Shown one piece after another: positions 26,389 through 38,299 of a stretch of 64,000 nt of DNA (positions are counted from its first letter, which is position 1; each line of letters begins with the position of its first letter). Source of the DNA: Takakia lepidozioides (Eukaryota; Plantae; Bryophyta). The position numbers and the translations under genes were made by a program. The notes beneath the pieces were generated by a model. That model was given only the letters and a program-made list of their open reading frames with translations. It was not told where the DNA came from and searched no databases. Location of the stretch: the NCBI GenBank assembly GCA_030704615.1, contig CM060733.1, positions 52,824,001 to 52,888,000 of the forward strand, in the 5' to 3' direction.

Positions 26389-26738
26389 TGATAAACAAAC
26401 TTGAAAAGACACACACTCTCAAACACAGAAATATGCAATCCCTCAAGATCACTCTTAAGAAATAGTCGAGCAGGGGCACCCCAAGCTATGGGGACTCCAC
26501 CCCACAACAACCTACACTCCATCATAGCACACTCAGATCTGAAGAATGCAGGAGCTCGGTCGCGCAGGCTCAACTCAAGAGAGATGAGCTGCGCGACTGC
26601 CGCTCTCGTGAAGATAAGACAGACCAGGTGTCAAACTAACTTGACACCTGATTTAACACTTGACCTAAATCCAAGTGTTAAATACAAATAACTAGTTTTA
26701 TTCTAGCTGTTTTCACACTGTGCTTATTTAACTTGACA
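26389..26738 (-). repeat. Terminal repeat B, 3' copy (350 bp, TG...CA)
   Basis: Near-identical to 37942-38299; differences are mostly 1-bp indels. Confidence 0.95.
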
Positions 26739-26740
26739 GC

Positions 26741-26825
26741 TGTCGTGCGCATACATATCGCTACACAACTACATCGCTGTCCAACCACACCACACATATA
26801 TGCACAATAAAGTAGTCTAGCACAA
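26741..26825 (-). repeat. Terminal repeat A, inner copy; joined to B through GACA-GC-TGTC
   Basis: Direct repeat of 26303-26388, separated from B by 2 bp (26739-26740). Confidence 0.92.
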
Positions 26826-26836
26826 TCGCCCCCCTA
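26826..26836 (-). promoter_or_regulatory. Putative polypurine tract
   Basis: Minus strand AGGGGGGCGA lies immediately before the inner A repeat. Confidence 0.55.
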
Positions 26837-27083
26837 GCTGGTGGATAGGTCCCTCTACCTCCAGATAGCTACAAGATGTAATAGCCACAGCCGTACTAAG
26901 TCCTCTATCACTGTCTTATCGTGCTCAAACTCTATCAACCAAGAGGCGGGTACAAGAGTAGCCCCATCGTTAGTCGCCGTCTTGCAATCTATGAACTTGA
27001 GCCAAGGATCTCGTGTGTTCAAGGTCTCCTAGTAGCTGGGCCTTGCGTTTCTTGTTAGCCTTCCATGGTTGTATCCACTCCCA

Positions 27084-30000
27084 CTATCCAATGCAATGTG
27101 GACATAACCAATCCCCATCCGGAACCATCTCAAGAGGTGGAGTCAAGCATCCCATGCCAACCTCTAGAGCCGATCACACCAGCATGGTGGGCTGCCCCTT
27201 TAGCAGACCCACACAACATGCACCTCAAACCTGCAGATACCACTGCCAGGTTTGGGTCAATCCTGCCATCGACATTCGGAAGGTGACATGGCGCACAATT
27301 ACGCACATGGTCCTTCCAAGTGATGCCATCCCGACCCTCCAAGACCAAGACCTCTCGAACCCTCAAAATAACACGTCCTGCAGTCACATCCAGGGTCGTA
27401 GGAGCAGTCTGCTGCAGATAGACATAGTCACCAGGGTTGAATCTCCGAACCCCAGGACGATAGCCCCCACCACGTATGGTAGCATACCTCAACGTATCAC
27501 GGTGTTGTGCAATGGCAAGGTTCTCGAAAGCCATAGGCATGACTCTCTTGAACAACTCTGCACGCTGCTCACATGCACGTGCCCACACGTCCGGATCGTC
27601 AAGGTTAAGAACTGTAGCAGCTTCTCTGCGAATGGATGTAGGCAAATCCGGCTCTCGGCCAAAGAGAAGAAAAGTATGGTGAGAAGGAGGCAAGTGATGC
27701 TTGCTGCTGAACCTAGCCCATGGAACCAGGGTAACTGAAGGTCCCAATCTCCTAGGTGTCCCTTCTGCAAGCCATACTTGCGCAAACCCCTCTTTACTGT
27801 CTGAACAACTCTCTCTGCCAAGCCATCGGCTTCAGGATGATCCCGAGAAGTGGTGCGGTGGTCTATCAAGGCCTTGTCACACAAAGCCTGAAACTCCCCC
27901 AAGAACTCTTCTCCCTTGGTCCGTGAGTACCTCAGCTGGAGCACCGAATCGGCTAAGCACACAATCCAGGAATGCATACGCAGCTCCCTCACTAGCCTTA
28001 TCAGGCAATGGAACCAATTCAATCCACTTGGAGAAGTGCTCCACCATCACCAACACGTACTTGTTGGCGCATGGTCAGTGGCAACGGCCCTGCGAAGTCA
28101 AGACTCCACCTGTAGCCCAATCCCATGATCGGAAGAGGGTGCAATTGTGGAGTAGGGGCGTTGAATGAAGCACGCACCCTGTCACACACCATGACCTAGC
28201 CACAAATTGTTGCACCTCTGTGTGCATACCACGCCACCAATACTGCCCCTGCAGTAGACTATGAGTGCGTCGCACCCCAAAATGCCCCAACTCCTCATGG
28301 GCATGCCGCACTAACCGTGCCCGCTGTGTTGGGTGAGGCACAATCTCACTCGACCATCCTCCCCCACTCGGAGCAGGTGTGTCCCCTCCCACCTGAACCT
28401 CTTGGCTCGTTGTAGGATCCGATCCCTCTCCTTGGCAGTCATAGTGGCTGCCGTGTCTCCACTGCGGAGGAAGTCCAACACAACTGAATCCTCATGTATA
28501 TCTTTGGCGCCACCCTGCTCATTGCTGGCCTCAGGGTCCTCAGACACTTGATCTACAGTCATCCCTGTTGTAGGTCCAACCTGGCCTTCCGCTGCCAAGA
28601 TACACAGAAATGCAGATGCATGCCATCCGGGCACCATCTCCTCGTCCGTCTCACCATGCCACCGAGCTCCAGTGTCATCCTGCTGGCTCGTGCATGGATT
28701 GCGACTCAACCCATCTGCATTTCGATTGACCAAACCCGGTCGATGCACCACCTGAAAGTCATACTCTTGAAGGATGAGTGCCCACCGTGCAAGCTTCCCC
28801 GTAAGCTTGTCTGACTCCATCAACCACTTGAGTGGTTGGTGATCCGTGACAAGGGTGAAGAGATTGCCGTATAGATAGCACCTGAAGTGTGCCACGGCCC
28901 ACACTGCAGCTAAGCATTCTCCCTCATATGAGCTATACTTAGACTCTGCAGCATTGTTCGAGCGGCTAGCATAAGCCACTACGAACTCTCTTCCCTCATC
29001 ATCCACCTGTGTGAGCACCGCTCCAAGCCCCAGCATGCTCCAATCTGTATGCAGCTGAAAAGGACGCCCCCTGATAGGTCGTCTCAGATGGGCGCCGAGG
29101 TCAACCTCGCCTTGAGCTCTTGAAAAGCTTGTTCTTGCTCATCTTCCCACTGCCACTCCTGGTCCACCTTGGTCAGCTTGGTTAGAGCCTTTGCAATGGC
29201 ACTAAATCCCTTAACAAACCGTCTGTAATAGTTTGCTAACCCCATGAAAGCTCGAACTCGGCTCACATCCGTGGGCGTGGAACCTGTGCAATGGACTCTA
29301 CCTTAGTCTGCTGTACCCCCAATCCTCCAGGATATATCATGTGACCCAGATACTCAATCTGGTTGTGGAAAAACTTGCACTTGCCCGGATGTAACTTCAA
29401 TCCGTGCGTCCTCAAGCGCTCAAATACCCCTGAAGGTGTCTCTCATGCTCCTCCACCGTAGCACTAAAGATGATGATGTCATCTATGTAGCACCGAGCAA
29501 ACTCCACCCCTGCTAGAATCCTGTCCATGACTCTTTGAAACTCAGCGGGAGCGTTTTTAAGCCCAAATGGTAAGAACCGCCACTGGTATAGGCAATCCCT
29601 TCCCGTGCTCATTGATCCCCCAGAATGCCGTCTTTTGCTTATCCGCCTCCTTGATCGGCAACTGGTGATATCCGGATCGTAAATCCAACGTGCTAAAGAC
29701 CTTGGAATGCCCAATGGCATCAAAGATCTCCTCTGGTGTTGGCATGGCATACCTATCGGACTTGGTCTGACGATTTACAGGCCGGTAATCACCGCACATA
29801 CGTCTCTCCGTCCAATTGCCATAGACATCCTTCTTAGCTGGCATCACTGTGGCTGAAGCATACTCTCCACCAGAGAGCTCCACCAAACCTGCCTCCCAGA
29901 GATCTTGAGTCCTCATCTGAATCAAAGACCTCTCCATGTCACTGTATCTATAGGGTCTCCGAAAGATTGGCGTCAGTGGCCAACTCAATACGGATCTCTT

Positions 30001-30187
30001 GACCCTTCAGTGCTCCCAAGTCCTTCAAACTGAAGGCAAAGCAATTCCTGTAAGCCCTCAGGAACCGCCGTATACGTCGTCTCTCTCCTCCGGTGACAAT
30101 GGGTCCAATGTCAGGCTCCCAATTGTCCTCCGTAACTGCAACCTTAAGTCCAGTGGGCTTAGAGGTAGAGGACGCGTCCCGTGGTTG
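27084..30187 (-). pseudogene. pol of copy 2 (RT-RNase H-integrase-PHD), frameshifted
   Basis: Same motifs as copy 1. The PHD ends CLTPPLEMVPDGDWLCPHCIG* with the stop at 27084-27086. Confidence 0.9.
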
Positions 30188-33100
30188 CTATGCTGCAACC
30201 TCTTGAGCAGTACCCCCTTCCTGCTCAGTCAATGACAAGGCCTCATCCTGCCCCATCATCTCATCATTGAGAACCTCCTCATCCCGAGAAGAATCCCCAA
30301 CCTCATCCATCACAGCTGCCTTCGCTGCCAACTCCCTCTGAACCTCGAGCACCTCCCACATGTGCCATGGATGTCTACACCTCGTGGTCCTCACCGGCTC
30401 GCCCCCACTCGCTGCCTGTACCGTCTCGGTAGGCAGAGAGACCGTCAAGGGAAGTGCACTCCGCACTCTACGTTGCTCAGCCATAGCCAAGCTGACAATC
30501 CAGGTCAAGCAATTGAGATCCATTGCTTGCCCCAACACCTGACGACGTGATGCCTCAGAAAGAGAAGGCACCGCCGTGGTCCCAGTGGAAAACCCCATAG
30601 CCCGCTCTCGCTCGTCGGCATTAGGCTCCACTAACTGCTGCAACTGAGCATCCCACAGGAGGCCAGGTCCACCATCCCGAAAAGCATGGGATCCTGGGAA
30701 GCTGAGCAGTGTAGGGTAATGCTGCTCGTGGTTGACCCACCCTGTTGACCACTGCCAAAGGCGAACGGTCATCGTGTCTCACACGTTGAGACTGCCTTCC
30801 TGTGTCCAAAATGCCATCCACGGTGAGGTGTGCTGGCCGCTGCACCCCATCAAATGCACGCTTGAGCAGTGCGGGTGGCATCAAGTTAGTCCACCATAGT
30901 CGTGGACGATGAGCCCGTGACCCCACTGCAGCTGCATCCAGCAACACTGCTGACCCAAGCCACGACCGGACTTGATGCACACTGGCCATCACCCTGGCCG
31001 AGAATCACCCATCAGTGGTACATTCTCCAAGATGTATGCTGGAGATACAGCTTGATGAAGCTGCAAGCAAAAATCCGCACCATCTCCCAAAACAGACCCG
31101 TCCTCGAGTCTCGCAATCCATTGCCATGCCCGGCTGATGAATGCCCTTGGCAGGGCCAACCTGCCACTATCAGATCAATGGAGCCAACCTGCTCCAAATC
31201 TTGCGCCCCCAACAAGGAAATGTCTGCTGGCAAGGCTTGTTGGTATCCACGAACTGCAGACCAGGCAACAAGTCAGGGTACTGCTGTACCAACTGAGCCA
31301 CATGGCGCAGTGAGACGCGTCGTGCAGTCTCATCCCTCTCCACATACAGGTAACGCCTTACCCGCACACCTGCCTGTAGCACAGCAGCCAATCCGGTGCT
31401 GATCCCGCCAAACAAGTCCAGAAGGCAAATGCCTTCATCCGGCCGCTGCCACACAAGAGGTGTGGTGTCCAATGGCGACAACTGAGGTGGCCCTGGTGCA
31501 ATCACCGCACTCTCCTCCTCTCCTGACGGTACAAAAGCTTCTCCCAAGCTTGTTGCACCCGTCCATCAGCAGCTTGCTGCAAATCCTTGCTCGTACCCCA
31601 CAACGGAGTGTGAGCAACCATGGCAGGCAACTCCGCCGTACCATGCATGTCATCCTGCTCTGGAGGTGGCACATCCTCTGCATGGGCATTGCCTTCCAGC
31701 AACTCTCCAGGCCAACTAACTGCAGCTGTGAAGGCGGCTAGTGTTGGCATCTTGCCCCGCTGGGCAGCTGCAATACCCCCAATGAATGTCACAGGGAGCT
31801 GTGCACGGCGACCATCCCCTGACTGCCATCCAGGCCTGTAGGATGCTGACTCCTCCCAGAAATCCAGGGTGAAGCCCATGGGTATAACACTGCCCCACCA
31901 ACGAGGACATCGTAAGAGACCGCGTCTGTCACAATGGCCTTGGCTCGCATCACTGAGCCATCTACAGGATGATCCGGCTGCAGTCTAATAGCCAACTGAT
32001 GCCGTGTCATGCCCCGAGCCTGCTCTGATCCTCCCAGAGATGTCTGTATCTGGAAAGGACAAGGCTCCATATCCGCCTCCATGAGGCCCAAACCTGCAAT
32101 AGCAGCTCTGCCCAACATCAGTGGCTGAGCTCCTGAGTCCAACAAGACCCGCAGTGGCCACTTCTTGCCTGCCGGTCCACTCAAAGTGAAAATGCCCCTG
32201 GTTGTCTAACAAGACAACTCCAGGTGTCACCATGGCGCGCTCAAAGGCTGGCCTAGCTGGCAGCTCCGTCAACCTGGCAGCTGCAGCTTGCCGGGCGCAG
32301 CCGTGGCAGTCTTGACCCTCAAATCCGAGGATCCCTCTGCCACTACACCTTCCACTAACTCCGCAGAAGATGAAGTGACCTCCCCACTCTCACAGAGTGT
32401 TGCTGCTAGTCTGAACACTGCAGCTGGTCTCACCCGGCGTCGCAATCATGGTTGCCCGAGAACAGTGGGGCTTGACACACAGAGGTGGCTGCCCCCAATA
32501 ACACACCGGCCGCACTAGCCTTGGCAGCAGGAGTCAATGCTGCACGTGTAGCTCTCCCAATGGCATAGTAACCTCCGCCTCGGTAACAGTCGGGCGAGAA
32601 CTAGGTGCCATGGATGGCGTCGACACAGTCTCCGCCAATGTGAATGACTGAGGAAGCCTTGCCTGACGGCTTGCCTCCCCACGCTGTGGATCCAATTCCA
32701 CCTCTGCACCTCGTGGCTCAGGAACTCGTGCTGCTCCTCGAGTCACGGCTGCAGCAGACTCCACCTGCTCTAGTGGTAGTGCTGCTCCGCACATAAATCC
32801 CATGCCTCCCATATCTCCTCCCTCAGGAGCAGGAGGTGGACCATCCCGCCTGGGAGCCGGTACCGCCTGAGCTATAGCCATGGCAGCGAGCCTCTGCTCT
32901 AGCTGCTGAAGCCGGTTGGCCATGCCTTGGTCAACACCCTGACCTCCGCGTCCTTGGCCATGTTGAGCTTGCCCTTGGCCTGCACCTCGTGCCCGACCAC
33001 CTCGTCCTCTCTGGGCTGGTCCACCTCGCCCCCGGCCACCATTGTTCCCTTGGAACTGGCCTGGGCGCAACTCAGGATGCAAGTCATAACACTGGGCATC

Positions 33101-34376
33101 TCCATGCCCATACTTGCCACAATGCCCACACTGCAACTGTGCAGGCTGTGCTTGTGCCGGCCTTCTGCCACTCTCTGGGCAATCTCTCTTGACATGGGGT
33201 CCTCCACATGTCCAACATATCACCCCTGGTTGCTGTTGGCCTGCAAAAGATGCCACGGGCCTCTGCACCTGAGGTCCCCTGTAAGCTCCATGGAACTTGG
33301 GCTGGGCAACCTTGCCCCCCTGACCACGCTGTTGGGCAGTCCCTTGTGCTTGTGGGCTGACAGCTGTGCCCCGTACAGGCATGTCCTTGCCAAATCCAAT
33401 TGTAACAACTCGCTCCTCCACCATGTTGAGCTCAATCCGCTCAGCCAGCAGAAACACATCTGCTAATGTGGGTTGGGCTGCTGTGTAACAGGGTTGCATC
33501 TCGCACCCTTCTCTTGAGCTCCTTGTCCAGAATTCCATACCAAAACTGGATTGCCTGAGCTTCAGTAACCCCTTGGGTCACACTTATCAAGCGCCTCATA
33601 CGAGTGTACGCCTCTCGCAGGCTCTCACTGGGGTTTGCGCTGGAAGTCTTGCAAACTTCGCAGCTTCTCTGTCCGTACACCTTGGTAGTTCCTCCGCAAC
33701 TCCTGGAAGAACTCCACCACCGGGTTGAATCTAGGCACATGTGTTGTAGTGTGGCAGGAGGAGTAGTAGCACCTTTGAACTGGTACCACCTGCAGAAGTA
33801 CCAGCACTACCTGCTCCACTACTAGTGCTGGCAGTGGGAGCTATTGGTACTGATGCAGCTACTGGTCGCGTCGTGCCTCGAGTAATGGAGATGTAGTCAG
33901 GTGACCAATACATCCTCCACTCCTCAATCTCTGCTTCATGTCCTCGCCTGAACTCGTGGTAATCGTCCATAGGCGGGCCTTCCAAATGCTGGAACAGTCC
34001 CTTCCACGCCATGAATGGGGTGAATAGATGTGGATTGCGCATGCTGCAAATCACACCAGCTGTCGAACTCCTGGATAAAGTCATCCAACTCGATTGTGCC
34101 CACAGCTCCAGAGTACCTACGAGGCCCCTTGGTAGCTCCATACATCTCCTCCATGTCGTCCCACAACAATGGCGAATGAAAGTGCACACCTGTTGATGAA
34201 GCCTCCGAGCCTGTGTCTGACTCTACAGTAATTGAGGGTGGCGGTGAAGGTGGTCTGAACCGAATACCTCGTCTTGTGAACCCACTCTCACTGTTACTGC
34301 CTGTAGCCGTACTCCCCTCAAAACCCTTGGGTAACTCCGTAATGACACTCACAATGTGCACCTCCTCCAGTGACAC
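30188..34376 (-). pseudogene. ORF1 of copy 2: Gag (two CCHC knuckles) - protease - DNMT3-like MTase (about 30495-31430), frameshifted
   Basis: CWTCGGPHVKRDC and CGHCGKYGHGDAQC knuckles; VLLDSGAQ; LLDLFGGISTG; DLIVAGWPCQGHSSAG (PCQ at 31147-31155); AHRPRLWWTNL; ERERAMGF. Ends at TAG 30188-30190. The true start is uncertain (first ATG near 34154). Confidence 0.9.
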
Positions 34377-34886
34377 TATAAGGCTCTAGTACTAATCTAA
34401 TAGTGACACGGGTGGGCACCTGTTGCAGTCTAAGGGTCATATCCCATGGCTCAGGGCACCTGCACCTGCATCCACCGCAAGAACTCCTATGGTTGGCTGG
34501 TCATCAACCCAGCCTCACCATAGAAGAAACACTGGTGGTCTTGCTGGTCATCACTCCAGCCTCACCACCGACAGCATACTCTAGGATTGACCGGTGATCA
34601 AATCCGGCCTAATCCCTATGAAAGCAAGCGCCCACACAAAACCAACATGGCGCACAGTCAAGCATGCAGGTGTTGGGGGGATCCAAACACAAGAAATCAA
34701 AACATCAACACCCCCACACCAAAATCCAGCTGCAATGCTGATCCTGCAGAATATCCCAGCCCAAAACCCCGGACTGACTGGCCTCCACCAAGAGAGGCTT
34801 TGGCAACTACAAGTACAAGGTAATGAAAATAGTACAGAGATGGAGGGGAAGAATAGAAGCCCGACCAAGCAAGATCTAATCCTGAT

Positions 34887-35576
34887 CTATGCTATCAACT
34901 GCCAGACTTCTCTCAAAGTGCCTCGCTCTGCATGATGGTAAGGTGTAGGAGGTATATCTATGTCCAGAAACCTGCCACTAACCTTGTCCCAAGCTACAGT
35001 AGCTCGCTCTAACCAACCCTCCTCCTCTTTCTGCCAGGTAGAGACAAAGCAATACTCCCCTATCTCCCGCTCACTGAACACTAAAGAAAACAAAGGTAGG
35101 GTCTGATAGTCTCTCAACTCGAAAGCTTTGAGACGGTTGCGGGTGTCCTCATTGCGAATGACTGCATCTCCTTCACGCACAACAAACATGTCATTGCTGA
35201 TGAACCCCCGCTCGTGGTTGCCCTGTGCAGAGCGTATCCGGCTGCAACCATGTCTGATTGCACAAACTTGTGTAGCTCCTGCTCCTCTGCTCCAGTACAC
35301 CACGGCCTTGTGCTGAACACCTCCCGGGGCTGTCTTTGGCTGTGTTCCAAGCCTAGCTTTCACCCACTTTGGTATTTCACCTACAGCTGCAGAACTGCTG
35401 GCTCCAACAGAGTTCTGACTGTCCAAGGCGATATTGAGGCCCTCAATGCCAACTACAGCAGTCTGTTGTCTACTGCTAATGCCTGACTCCCAGTATGCAA
35501 TCAACTCGTCCAACTGTTCTCCACTCAAATCAGTCTGAGTTCCTTGGGAAACATAAATCTTGTCCCCTTGGTGCAC
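34887..35576 (-). CDS. Extra ORF (229 aa) upstream of gag in copy 2, unknown function
   Basis: Uninterrupted ORF inside the element, absent from the equivalent position of copy 3. GTG start, with a possible true ATG near 35628 across a frameshift. Confidence 0.5.
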   Translation of the reverse strand: MHQGDKIYVSQGTQTDLSGEQLDELIAYWESGISSRQQTAVVGIEGLNIALDSQNSVGASSSAAVGEIPKWVKARLGTQPKTAPGGVQHKAVVYWSRGAGATQVCAIRHGCSRIRSAQGNHERGFISNDMFVVREGDAVIRNEDTRNRLKAFELRDYQTLPLFSLVFSEREIGEYCFVSTWQKEEEGWLERATVAWDKVSGRFLDIDIPPTPYHHAERGTLREVWQLIA

Positions 35577-36689
35577 AGGCTAAGAGAAGAGACCTGCCCT
35601 TCAACGACGTCCTCATTTCCCCCAGCCATACAAGGAGTACATCCACAGATTTGTCTCTATATAGACCAGCACAGGTTCTAGAGACAGGATTGTGGATCTT
35701 TCATGGCACACTCACACTCTAAAAATTCCATAGATTTTTAGCAGAGTCCCAAAAACAGAAACCAGGTCTAGATAGGTAGATTTCCCCTTTCTGCAGCTAT
35801 CCCTCAAAAACTGAGTCAAACGGAGCTCATTTGACAAAGATATGACCAACCAGGCTCTTTAAACATTTAAATTAGATCAAAAAGGCTTTGTTTTTTTTTT
35901 AACACCAAAACGCTTTTGTCATTACAACCTGTTCCCAGGTTATCTACGAGTTCCCGAGGTCGTTCCCCTCCAGGATTCTCCAGGCACCAAGAGCTCGTTA
36001 ATTCCAACACTCGACCTCAGTTGGGTGGGGTAACACGATTTGCTTTTCTCTGCGCGTGGGCCTGCCTCCTCGAGACCTAGAGACTACAAACCAGCGAGTG
36101 GGCGATTTCAAGAGCAGATGCACTGTGCAGCACCTTCATGGCTTATGGACAGGCGGCCTGCTGTGATGTGGCCGTCTTTGCATGGAATCCAAAGCCAAGA
36201 CCAGCTTGAAGTTCCATCAACTCGGTCTAATTCGCATCTCTCATGTTTTCCTGCAACGGGCATTGACGCCCACAATTTCCAGGGCTTGCACTGAAGCATT
36301 TCTAAGCTGTTCTTAGGCCACTAACACACCCTGTGTAGCTGCAGAAATTGTTCCCACGGGACCCTATAGATTCACCTGTAAGGCTGCTCAACGCCTGAGC
36401 TTAGAGTATGGTTGGATCACTTGCTCATTAAAGGCCCACAGAATATCTACAAAAGGACCCCAGCCTGACCACCACCTGCTTGTGCCAGCTTGTTCAAAGA
36501 TTTGCCCAGGTACTTTCCTTGTCTCTCAGCAACACTCTTTGTTTGCGGTAGGGCTTCCATTAGTAACTGGATCAACTGCCAAGCTTCCACCAGGGCACTT
36601 CTTCACAGGTAAGGAGTGGACAAAGGAAGAAGATCCAACACCATTGATCAAACCAGCAGCCCGTATGGCACCTCCGTCTAGCGCCACTG

Positions 36690-36810
36690 ACTTCAACAGC
36701 AGGCTCAGCAGGCTTTGTCCATAGGGAATGTTCAATAGTTCAAACAGCTCAGCATCACTGGCCAGCTCCAGTACAGAGTGTAGCTCTGGATCAAATGCAG
36801 CTCCTAGCAC
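36690..36810 (-). pseudogene. Captured fragment of a conserved plant YaaW-like protein
   Basis: AFDPELHSVLELASDAELFELLNIPYGQSLLSLLLKS resembles the EL..aLELAtd.EL motif of plant and cyanobacterial YaaW-like proteins (recognised from memory). Confidence 0.5.
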
Positions 36811-36944
36811 TGATTCTTTGCCAGTAAGCAGGTATATCTCTGCTGCTTTCTTGTCATGTTGTAAACAGCCTTGGAAGGTTTCAGACTTGGGGGAGTTTCA
36901 GACCTTGAGCTGGTCCACCTGTGACTTCTCGACCTGGATGAATA

Positions 36945-37210
36945 GTTGTACGCTTCAGTCTGTGCTGGGTCAGCTGGATTTGGGGCATCTAGCAGCTCCT
37001 GGATGCCAACCAGAATTTGTTTCACGGTGATGGCTGGTCTCCACCCAGAGTCCTCATTGAGGATAGAGAGGCACACTGTGCCTGACGGATACAGGTTCGG
37101 GTGAAAGAAGCCTGCGGGAAACTTGCACTTGGGTGGCTTACTGGGATAGTCCCCGCTGAAATGGATTGCAGTTGGGTAGAATCCCCTTCCCAATCAGTCC
37201 CAGCTTTGCC
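36945..37210 (-). pseudogene. SCE1: Captured intronless fragment of SUMO-conjugating enzyme (SCE1/Ubc9)
   Basis: [86 protein letters not shown]. Confidence 0.92.
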
Positions 37211-37220
37211 ACAAAACTTC

Positions 37221-37735
37221 TCGGATGATATTGCAGAGCATAAATTCCAGCAGCGCTGTTCTCAATGGCAGCAATGTCGCCCTGCAAACTGGTGGCTACG
37301 ACGTGAAAGCCTGGTGAACGTTAAACTGCCTCATCACCATGACTCATCCACACGACCGGGTTTGAGAAGCTCTCTGCATCACCATATAATTTACTATCCT
37401 TCACAGCAGCTATTTACATGCGCCCATACTCTTGGCTCTCCGCCTGCTTGACCTCTCCTCCCAGCACTTTGACAATAAGGTGCAGCCCGTAAAACGCCAA
37501 GCACTGCGATCCCATGATTCCTTGTGTACTCGAAGAAGCCATCAGGTACAGTTGGAGAGCCCTCTTCATGGACAGAACGGGGTCCACCTGAGAGAATTAT
37601 AACGGAGGGATTGAGCCCCTGAATGGCTTCCAAGGGGGTACCAGCAGGTAAGCAAAAGGGGCAAATAGAGAACTGTCGGACACGACGGTGATAAGATGCG
37701 TATACTGCGATCCGAAGTCCAGCACCACATTCCCT
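37221..37735 (-). pseudogene. Captured fragment of GMP synthase glutamine amidotransferase domain
   Basis: Across frames: VVLDFGSQYTHLI, IILSGGPRSV, VLG..YGLHLIVKVLGGEV, EYGRM, VWMSHGD, ALQYHP. Confidence 0.88.
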
Positions 37736-37925
37736 CAATGCCTGTCCGCTGCCTTCTCCATCTCTGCAACTTCTCCTTCTCCCTCTAATGGACTGTACAG
37801 CACCTATGCTCTTGCGCACAGACCAGCGAAACAGCAAGGCCAGATGGACTCCCGCCCCAAGATATATATTAAAATAATGCTAAAACAAACATTGTATCTA
37901 GCTTAGCACCAGCACACTAGATAAC

Positions 37926-37942
37926 GCTCATCTCTCTCGAGT
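37926..37942 (-). promoter_or_regulatory. Putative self-priming primer-binding site
   Basis: GCTCATCTCTCTCGAGT (37926-37942) is the exact reverse complement of ACTCGAGAGAGATGAGC (38132-38148) inside the adjacent repeat. There is no TGG-initiated tRNA PBS. Confidence 0.7.
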
Positions 37943-38299
37943 GATAAACAAACTTGAAAAGGACACACACTCTCAACACAAGAAATATGCAATCCCTCAA
38001 GATCACTCTTTAAGATAATAGTCGAGCCAGGGGCACCCCAAGCTATGGGGACTCCACCCCACAACAACCTACACTCCCATCATACGCACAGTCAGATCTG
38101 AAGAATGCAGGAGCTCGGTCGCGCAGGCTCAACTCGAGAGAGATGAGCTGCGCGACTGCCGCTCTCGTGAAGATAAGACAGACCAGGTGTCAAAACTAAA
38201 CTTGACACCTGATTTAACACTTGACCTAAATCCAAGTGTTAAATACAAATAACTAGTTTTATTCTAGCTGTTTTCACACTGTGCTTATTTAACTTGACA
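37942..38299 (-). repeat. Terminal repeat B, 5' copy (358 bp)
   Basis: Matches 26389-26738 and is not accompanied by repeat A. Confidence 0.95.

Larger units (their letters stand above)
26303..38299 (-). mobile_element. Full-length Ty3/Gypsy-type retrotransposon with DNMT, copy 2 (11997 bp, 4-bp TSD CGGT)
   Basis: Ends TGTC...GACA flanked by CGGT at 26299-26302 and 38300-38303. The joined flanks rebuild an intact SINE. All gag-PR-DNMT-RT-RH-INT-PHD motifs are present, with many 1-bp indels. Confidence 0.93.

Noticed and set aside
26389-26738. Independent solo LTR (also 37942-38299)
   Set aside because: Neither copy has its own 4-6 bp TSD. The only TSD brackets 26303-38299 and rejoins a split SINE.
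36804-37837. Functional host SCE1 and GMP synthase genes
   Set aside because: Partial, frameshifted, fused to each other and located inside the retrotransposon.
26303-38299. DIRS/Ngaro/PAT tyrosine-recombinase element, suggested by the split repeats and an MTase
   Set aside because: It has an aspartic protease, an HHCC-DDE integrase and a TSD. No R-H-R-Y recombinase was seen, and the MTase is C5-type, not the DIRS adenine-MTase-like domain.
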